Shown here one piece after another: positions 57,622 to 64,000 of a stretch of DNA of 64,000 bases. A program made the position numbers and the translations under genes. Origin of the DNA: an uncultured virus (IMG/VR IMGVR_UViG_3300042908_001353) (lineage: Duplodnaviria; Heunggongvirae; Uroviricota; Caudoviricetes); the IMG/VR virus record IMGVR_UViG_3300042908_001353, one strand, 5' to 3'. The notes beneath the pieces are model-generated. The model did no database searches. It was not told where the DNA came from and saw only the letters and a list, made by a program, of their open reading frames with translations. Numbering within the stretch: the stretch's first letter is position 1; the number at the start of each line of letters is the position of its first letter.

Positions 57622-58929
57622 TTATTTATTTAAAAATATAAAGTCGTATTTACTTGCCTTTGGTTTTGGTTTAATTTTAGGTCTATAAGGCGTTTTTGGT
57701 GTTGTTGGTGTAATTGTCGGTGTAATTGTTGGTGTTATTGTAGGTTGATTCATTCCAACCCCACCTCCGTTGTCAAATTTTTGCAAGGGTTTTACTGCTA
57801 TAAATCGAAATGATTTTTTTCTATCTTTTGTTGGTGCTGAAATTTTTTGAATAACTGAATATCCGTTAGATTTTAATTCTTTGATTTTTGCTTTGAAATT
57901 GTTTATTTTTTCTAAATCTCCTACCCAAATAATCTGATATTCGCCAATAATATCATATTTTTTCAAGTGTTGGTATAATCGCCCTGTTCTATCTTGCGGG
58001 AAATTTTCCCATATTACTCTTCCATTTTGAATTTGCTCTTTATCTGAATTTAACATCAAACCTCTTGTATCTTGTAAATACCTTCGTTCAAGGTCTTGTA
58101 GTATTTCGTTCATTTCGGAATCCGAAATACCACCGCCATTAGTGAATAAATGAGGATAATCTTCTTTGTAAAAAATCATATTATATCTATCCCACATTGA
58201 ATCTACAAATTGATTAGAGGTTCTGCCATAAGCAGAATTTACCCTATCCAAAATAACTTCCTTTACTTTTTTCTTGTCTTTATGTATCTCTACTATTTCA
58301 TCAACAAATTTATAAGCATCTAATTGTGTTTGTGTTTTTTCAACCCCACCACCATTTTCATATTGCCTATTTCTTGCACGATGTTTAGGATTTCTTCTTG
58401 ATGGTTCTATTTCGTAATTTTCATCATCATTGTCGTTATAGTGTTCTTTTGTCCAAGCACGACCTGTGGGATAACTTCTATCTTTTTTATTAAAATAATA
58501 ATAAGCAATTAATCCTGCTACGCCAAGTCCAACTGCACCTGCAATTAAACCACCAACGGCATATTCTTGAAATTCTTCGGAATTATATTGTCCATTACTC
58601 AACAAATAAGTAATAAAATCATATTCTTCTGTCGTAATATCCGTACCATCTTCATTTTCAATAAATAAAGCGTAATATTTTTCGATACCTTTTTCAAAGT
58701 AATCTCGGTCTTGTTCGGGATATGTAGATTCCCAACCACCAAAAGAAATTGGGTAATAAATACCATAAACTTCACTTGCTTTTTTTAGAATATTTCCAAT
58801 AGTATCGCTTTCATTTTCAATAATATAACCACTATCGGAAAAATCGCTTACTTCACGGCTATCTTCGGTTGTTTCTTGAAAAGTAATTGAATACTTAAAT
58901 AATCTACTTGGACTAATTAAAGGTTGCAT
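57622..58929 (-). CDS. GG-linker polyprotein E with internal TM
   Basis: YAVGG, YENGGG, FTNGGG, FDNGGG; TM LIAGAVGLGVAGLIAYYYF. Confidence 0.8.
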   Translation of the reverse strand: MQPLISPSRLFKYSITFQETTEDSREVSDFSDSGYIIENESDTIGNILKKASEVYGIYYPISFGGWESTYPEQDRDYFEKGIEKYYALFIENEDGTDITTEEYDFITYLLSNGQYNSEEFQEYAVGGLIAGAVGLGVAGLIAYYYFNKKDRSYPTGRAWTKEHYNDNDDENYEIEPSRRNPKHRARNRQYENGGGVEKTQTQLDAYKFVDEIVEIHKDKKKVKEVILDRVNSAYGRTSNQFVDSMWDRYNMIFYKEDYPHLFTNGGGISDSEMNEILQDLERRYLQDTRGLMLNSDKEQIQNGRVIWENFPQDRTGRLYQHLKKYDIIGEYQIIWVGDLEKINNFKAKIKELKSNGYSVIQKISAPTKDRKKSFRFIAVKPLQKFDNGGGVGMNQPTITPTITPTITPTTPKTPYRPKIKPKPKASKYDFIFLNK

Positions 58930-58933
58930 ATAA

Positions 58934-59353
58934 CTATGATTTTTGTTTAAAATAAACGGCTACACCAACAAGGACTATTAAAACCCCTATTCCGATGTAT
59001 AAATTTCTTTGCGATGATTTTTTATTTTCTTCAATTTGAGCCATCGCCATTCGTTGTTGATTTTGATTTATTGATTTTTTTTCTAAATCATATTGCTCAA
59101 TAATTGGCTTGGAACAAGCATCAAATGCTGCTTTTTTCTTTTTTCCACCCCTACGTTTTCCGCATTGTAATTCAACCAATCTCTCGATTTCTGATTGGGA
59201 TGCTTTTTTTGTGGCACTTGCAGTAGCAAATTGTCCTGCACCTTGCGTTATTTGACCTGCACCCTGCACTATTGCACCTACATCAACCATATTTGAAAAC
59301 ATTTCATCATCGAAATTTTCAAATATTTCCGAATTTTCAAAGTAATTATTCAT
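58934..59353 (-). CDS. C-terminally anchored membrane protein, related to 36679
   Basis: Acidic leader, CGKRRGGKKKKAAFDAC, C-terminal TM. Confidence 0.75.
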   Translation of the reverse strand: MNNYFENSEIFENFDDEMFSNMVDVGAIVQGAGQITQGAGQFATASATKKASQSEIERLVELQCGKRRGGKKKKAAFDACSKPIIEQYDLEKKSINQNQQRMAMAQIEENKKSSQRNLYIGIGVLIVLVGVAVYFKQKS

Positions 59354-59358
59354 AGTAT

Positions 59359-60024
59359 TTAATTTTCGTAAAATTCATTAACTGAATAGTTTGAATCGGC
59401 TTTTACCATTTCATACTTTTCAATCGCTTGTTCTTGTGTTAAACGCACTTCTCGTTCCGTTTTTTTGCCTGTATTTGGCTCAATTAAAGTGTATAAAAAG
59501 ATTGCATTATCATCAGCATCGTAAAACATATCATTTGAAACAAAACGATTTCCTTTCGCTATTTCAAAACGAACTACAAGTCCTTTTTTAAGATTATCAA
59601 TTAAACTACTTTTTTTTGGCTTACTTGTTTTACCTGCTTTTTTAGATACTGAATTTGCCCTGCGTTGCTTAAATTCTTCAACTAAATAATCGCAAAATTC
59701 TTTGGAATCAATATCATAAATTACTCCATCAATTTCAACCTTTTCGCCATCCATTTTTTTTACACTCTTAGCAACTTTTTCAACCGCTTTTGGCTTGGTT
59801 GTTTTTGCTACTTTCGGTGCAGTTTTTTCAACTCTTGGTTTTGGCGTTTTGATTTCAACTTCTACTTCCTGTGGCTCAATAGTTTGTAATTTTGCTTGTA
59901 ATTTTTCAATACCCTTTTGATACAAAGGAATAAACTTTGCATCAGTTTTAGGATTTTTAATTAATTTTTGCAAGTCGGCTATTTTCTTTTTGATTTCGCC
60001 ACCATCGTTGTATCTACGTTTCAT
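59359..60024 (-). CDS. Basic protein sharing a C-terminal domain with the helicase
   Basis: MKRRYNDGG leader; LKKGLVVRF...NDMFYDADDN...NEFYE. Confidence 0.75.
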   Translation of the reverse strand: MKRRYNDGGEIKKKIADLQKLIKNPKTDAKFIPLYQKGIEKLQAKLQTIEPQEVEVEIKTPKPRVEKTAPKVAKTTKPKAVEKVAKSVKKMDGEKVEIDGVIYDIDSKEFCDYLVEEFKQRRANSVSKKAGKTSKPKKSSLIDNLKKGLVVRFEIAKGNRFVSNDMFYDADDNAIFLYTLIEPNTGKKTEREVRLTQEQAIEKYEMVKADSNYSVNEFYEN

Positions 60025-60034
60025 TTTTTTGTAA

Positions 60035-63000
60035 TTAAAGTTCTAACAATATTTTTAATCCATTAATGTTTTCAATAATAGATTGACGTTCTTCTTCTTC
60101 TTCGGTTATTTCAAGTATTATTTCTAATCCTGCAATATTTTCAAGAATAAATGCTTTTTCATCATCTTCACCACCAACTTCCGTTATTTCTTCAATATCT
60201 TCTTCGGTAGTATCTTTTTCATAAAATTCATTTGTGATAAATTCTTGCATTGATTCATAAAACGCTATTGCATCCGCTTCCGTAATAACATCTTCCATTT
60301 CATCAACTTCATTATTATCAGCATCCAAAATCAATGTAAATTTAATATATTCATTGGTGTCGGAATCGTAAAATAAATCGTTTTCATAGAACATACCATC
60401 TTTTTCAGTTCGTGTTCTTACAATTAAACCTTTTTTCAAGCGACCAATAATTCTTGGCGTTTTAGGTTTTGTGGTTGATTTTTTTACTTGTTTCTTAACA
60501 ATTTCTTCTTCTATTATTTCGGCATCATCAACATTTGGTCTTATATCCAAAAACTGTCTTGGAGAAACAATAGTAGATGCTTCGTCTTGAACGAATGGTC
60601 GAAGTTGAGCATCAAGTAAATAATTCATTTCAGAAAATTCACTTACTTTTTCTTCCAATGAGATTTGAGTGTAAAGTCGTTCTAATTTTTTTCTTGAATA
60701 TTTTTCAATCAAACTATCAAATGAATTTGTTACGTTTTCTTTTTCTGTTGTAAACGCATTTACTTGATTTTTTAGTTCTTCAACTGCCATATCAACATCT
60801 TGAATGTCGATACCTAAAATTTCAAGTGTTTCTTTTATTTTGTTATATTTTTTTACAGCATCTTTATAATCAATCAAAGTTTTTACTACATCTGACTTCC
60901 ATCTATAATTAACATACCGTGTTATATCTTCTTCTTGTGGAATTGACATATTGTACTTACCATTGTCAAATCTTGAAAAATAATCTTCAACAAAATTATA
61001 TTGAATTTCGTACATATCGTCATCGGTCAAACTATTGAATTTTGAATTTGAAGAAAGAACAATATCATTAATTTTATTGATTAAATCTATTTTGTCGCTA
61101 CTTGTACCTAATTCCGAATATTGTATTTCTTCAAAAGGTTTTTCATTCGTTAATTCATTTTTTCTATTTCTTTTCTCTGTAATTTTTCTTCCTATTTTTT
61201 GTTTTTCCGAATCTACTTTTTCCTTTAATTGTTCATCTAATAAGTCATTTATTTCTTGGTCAATGTTTTTAATTTTTATGTTATGTTTTTTGTAATCATA
61301 ATAAGCAGAAATTACAACTAAAATGCCCCGTACAATGTTTTCATCTTCCTTCAATATATTTTGGTATTTTTTTGCTTGTCTTAACTCATCAATTCGATTA
61401 TTTCTCAAATTAATATCGGATGTTAGTTGTATTGTTTTTTCTTCAATATCAAATCTTGCTAAATCTTCGGGTTCATCTAATATCCTTTTTCTTAATTCTC
61501 CTAAATCAAATTCTTTTGTATCTAATACTGCACCTGTATTGTTTTTATCCCATAAAGTTTTAATTCTCAATGTTTTTTCATACAATTTTTGAAATACGGG
61601 TGGGTCAAATGAATTTCGTATCATAGGATAAACAATACGAACATTAGCAAATCTGTTGCCCTGTCTATGGATTCTACCTGCAACTTGTTCATTAGTGGTC
61701 GGGTTCCAATCAAAATCACATAAAAACAACGTAGATGAATTATTTTGTAAATCAACCCCTGTTGAAATAGCCGATGAACCTAACATTATTATTGAACGAC
61801 CTTTCAAAAACCTATTTTTTTCTTTTTCTCTATTTATTCTATTTGTTTTTCCCGAAACGATTGAAATATCATCGTAGGAATATCCTAAAATGTTTACTAA
61901 ATAACTTTTTATTTTTTCTAAACCTGTTTCACTCCAACTGAAATTAAGTCGTGTATTTTTTACATTAATTCCAATATTCATATAAATTATACAACCCGAT
62001 AATGGTTTATCGTTGGCTTTTTCGTAATCGTGTATTGATTTTATACATTGTACGGCATAATTTATTTTAGGTGAAGATTCTACATATTGTTGTGGCGTTG
62101 GTTCAAAACCACTTTCTTTTGCACAAACTGATAAATACGGACTTAAAGTAATTTGTTTTAGAATATTCAAACCAATTTGAACTCGTAATTTTGATTTATC
62201 ACTTTCTGTTAAGTCGTTTTCATCAACCGTTTCTTGTTTTTTTTCTAATATTTTTTGAACGGCTTTTTTCAATCTAAAAAAATCTTCTTCTTCTTCAAGC
62301 GGAAATTCAAGTGAATTAAAATCTTCTTGTTGTTCTTCTGTACCTCTTTCGTTGATTATTGCTAATAAATCTTCTTCTGAAATTTCATCAATATCAATTA
62401 CATCTTGATTATCTTGACACAATTCTGTGTAATCTATATTACCCCTAATATAATCTTTTACTTTTTTGAATAAAATATCCTGTTCGCTTGTTTCGGGCAA
62501 AATACTTCTTTCATCTATTGGAGAATTAGGCAATAAATATTTTTTAGGTCTTTTGATATTTGCATCTTCACCACTTTTGTAGTTCATTATTGCATAAATC
62601 ATATTTCGCAAAGCAGGTAAATTCAGAAACCCTACTAATTGTTCTTTTCTTTCTACACCACTTGGACTAAATACTAAATCATAACTAACATCCATAAAAA
62701 TATCATAGAAATCAGTCATATTATTGAAATCAAATTTTGACAAAAAACCATAATTAGTTAATGCCAACATACCATATATTTCATTTGGCGAGTTGGTAAA
62801 TGGCGTTGCAGTAAGTTGAATTACATTTCTATCATTTGTATCTATATTTATGTATCGGCTTAAAAAATAACCACTTAAAGCAAGATTAGTATATTTTTTA
62901 TTGCCTACATTGTATCTTCTAACACGGGTTTTATCGCTTTCAACATAGGTTTCATAACCATATCGGTCTTTTGCTTTAATCATTTTATAGTCGCCTAATG

Positions 63001-64000
63001 TATCCGTGTAGTTATTTTTGATAAAATGCGATTCATCGAAAATAGCACCATCAAATTCAAATTCACTTAAATCAATAATTGTATTTTTCACACCAAAAAT
63101 TGCTTTTTTGAATTTTGCATCAAGATTGCTTTTCGCATCAAAATCAGCAGAATTAAATTTTCCGTTTTGTGAAATTTCGGTATAAATTTTGCCAAATTTT
63201 GAAGTTCTGTCATATCTTTGTCCTCTATTTTTGGATTCCGATAAACCTAAATGTTTTATGCCTTCGTATGTTGCCAAAAATATTGTTTTATCATCAAAAT
63301 TTTTAATTGCACCAAGAACGTATGGAAGTTCTTCTTTGTATATCTTAAATTCTTTTGTGAAAAAAGATTTTTTTGTTTCTTTAATCGTTGATAAAAAATC
63401 ATTTTCTTGTTCTATTGTCAAATCATCGTCAGCATCTATATTATTCTTTTCTTTGTATTTTCTTCTTTGGCTATTTACATAAAACATATAATCTCTATTA
63501 AAATCGTATGGATTCCAACCATCATATTTTACAGAAATTAGAATGTTTATATCTTCATTTTCAAAATCATAATTATCGGGCATTTCTTTTAAGTAATCTT
63601 TAAGAAATTCTGCCCGTTGCATTTTATCAATATCTTCTACGGAATAATTTTTAATAGTTTTTACATATTCTTCACTTAAATTGTAAAGTTCCACATATTT
63701 ATTCCATTGAGGAATATGTCCATAACTTTTAATTGTTTTCTTTAAAATGTTTCCACCAACTTCTTTTGCAAATTTTTTGGCTTTTTTATATGTATCAAAA
63801 GATGTTTCGGTTTCAAAATTATTATCCAAATAAGTAACTAAATAAGTAGTTTCATCACCGCCAAACATTTCTAATTTCCATTTGTCATAAACAGCATTAG
63901 GTAGCACTAAAATTGGTTTATTTACTTTATTTGAACCTAACAAATGTGATAAAGTCATTATAGCAGATGCAGTTTTACCAACTCCAACTCCATAAGCGAT
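60035..64000 (-). CDS. Large SNF2-type (DarB-like) helicase, 5'-truncated by the window
   Basis: Frame stays open to the edge giving IAYGVGVGKT; DESH, LTATP, STGVDLQ, WNP...QVAGRIHRQGN. Confidence 0.88.
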   Translation of the reverse strand: MAYGVGVGKTASAIMTLSHLLGSNKVNKPILVLPNAVYDKWKLEMFGGDETTYLVTYLDNNFETETSFDTYKKAKKFAKEVGGNILKKTIKSYGHIPQWNKYVELYNLSEEYVKTIKNYSVEDIDKMQRAEFLKDYLKEMPDNYDFENEDINILISVKYDGWNPYDFNRDYMFYVNSQRRKYKEKNNIDADDDLTIEQENDFLSTIKETKKSFFTKEFKIYKEELPYVLGAIKNFDDKTIFLATYEGIKHLGLSESKNRGQRYDRTSKFGKIYTEISQNGKFNSADFDAKSNLDAKFKKAIFGVKNTIIDLSEFEFDGAIFDESHFIKNNYTDTLGDYKMIKAKDRYGYETYVESDKTRVRRYNVGNKKYTNLALSGYFLSRYINIDTNDRNVIQLTATPFTNSPNEIYGMLALTNYGFLSKFDFNNMTDFYDIFMDVSYDLVFSPSGVERKEQLVGFLNLPALRNMIYAIMNYKSGEDANIKRPKKYLLPNSPIDERSILPETSEQDILFKKVKDYIRGNIDYTELCQDNQDVIDIDEISEEDLLAIINERGTEEQQEDFNSLEFPLEEEEDFFRLKKAVQKILEKKQETVDENDLTESDKSKLRVQIGLNILKQITLSPYLSVCAKESGFEPTPQQYVESSPKINYAVQCIKSIHDYEKANDKPLSGCIIYMNIGINVKNTRLNFSWSETGLEKIKSYLVNILGYSYDDISIVSGKTNRINREKEKNRFLKGRSIIMLGSSAISTGVDLQNNSSTLFLCDFDWNPTTNEQVAGRIHRQGNRFANVRIVYPMIRNSFDPPVFQKLYEKTLRIKTLWDKNNTGAVLDTKEFDLGELRKRILDEPEDLARFDIEEKTIQLTSDINLRNNRIDELRQAKKYQNILKEDENIVRGILVVISAYYDYKKHNIKIKNIDQEINDLLDEQLKEKVDSEKQKIGRKITEKRNRKNELTNEKPFEEIQYSELGTSSDKIDLINKINDIVLSSNSKFNSLTDDDMYEIQYNFVEDYFSRFDNGKYNMSIPQEEDITRYVNYRWKSDVVKTLIDYKDAVKKYNKIKETLEILGIDIQDVDMAVEELKNQVNAFTTEKENVTNSFDSLIEKYSRKKLERLYTQISLEEKVSEFSEMNYLLDAQLRPFVQDEASTIVSPRQFLDIRPNVDDAEIIEEEIVKKQVKKSTTKPKTPRIIGRLKKGLIVRTRTEKDGMFYENDLFYDSDTNEYIKFTLILDADNNEVDEMEDVITEADAIAFYESMQEFITNEFYEKDTTEEDIEEITEVGGEDDEKAFILENIAGLEIILEITEEEEERQSIIENINGLKILLEL

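Larger units (their letters stand above)
1..64000. mobile_element. Bacteriophage genome segment (probable Bacteroidota host, probably tailless and membrane-containing)
   Basis: RecT/exonuclease/initiator early arm converging on a lysis and structural arm; no housekeeping genes; dense TAATG/ATGA overlaps; TAnnTTTG promoters. Confidence 0.9.

Noticed and set aside
11851..63482. Many + strand ORFs opposite late genes (e.g. 23858, 28217, 31261, 61035)
   Set aside because: Antisense shadows of well-supported, coupled - strand genes, with atypical composition
1..64000. Stop-codon reassignment
   Set aside because: Genes are long and tile densely under the standard bacterial code; gaps are filled by plausible small ORFs

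Overview
The whole window reads as part of an AT-rich bacteriophage genome, probably infecting a Bacteroidota host (TAnnTTTG promoters, A-rich non-SD starts). Bases 1-11.6 kb (+ strand) are an early/replication arm. Small ORFs there are separated by four copies of a tRNA-elbow-like structured repeat, followed by DUF932, a PD-(D/E)XK exonuclease, RecT, a DUF1064-like nuclease, a replication initiator and an XRE HTH. Bases 11.6-64 kb (mostly - strand) are a long, tightly coupled late arm with no recognisable terminase, portal or tail genes. It holds an A32/FtsK-type ATPase, a candidate jelly-roll capsid protein and a propeller-bearing paralog, about 30 single-pass membrane proteins sharing short motifs, an HExxH protease, an AT-hook basic protein, several peptidoglycan enzymes, a 10-gene glycosyl/methyltransferase cluster and a DarB-like SNF2 helicase. 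Five late ORFs are polyproteins of unrelated small domains (one ArdA-like) joined by [YFM]-x-x-G-G linkers; two of them share near-identical ends around a variable cargo. Working model (inference): a large tailless, membrane-containing phage that packages protease-processed, shuffleable anti-defence polyproteins. All family calls are from motif recognition by eye, not database searches.
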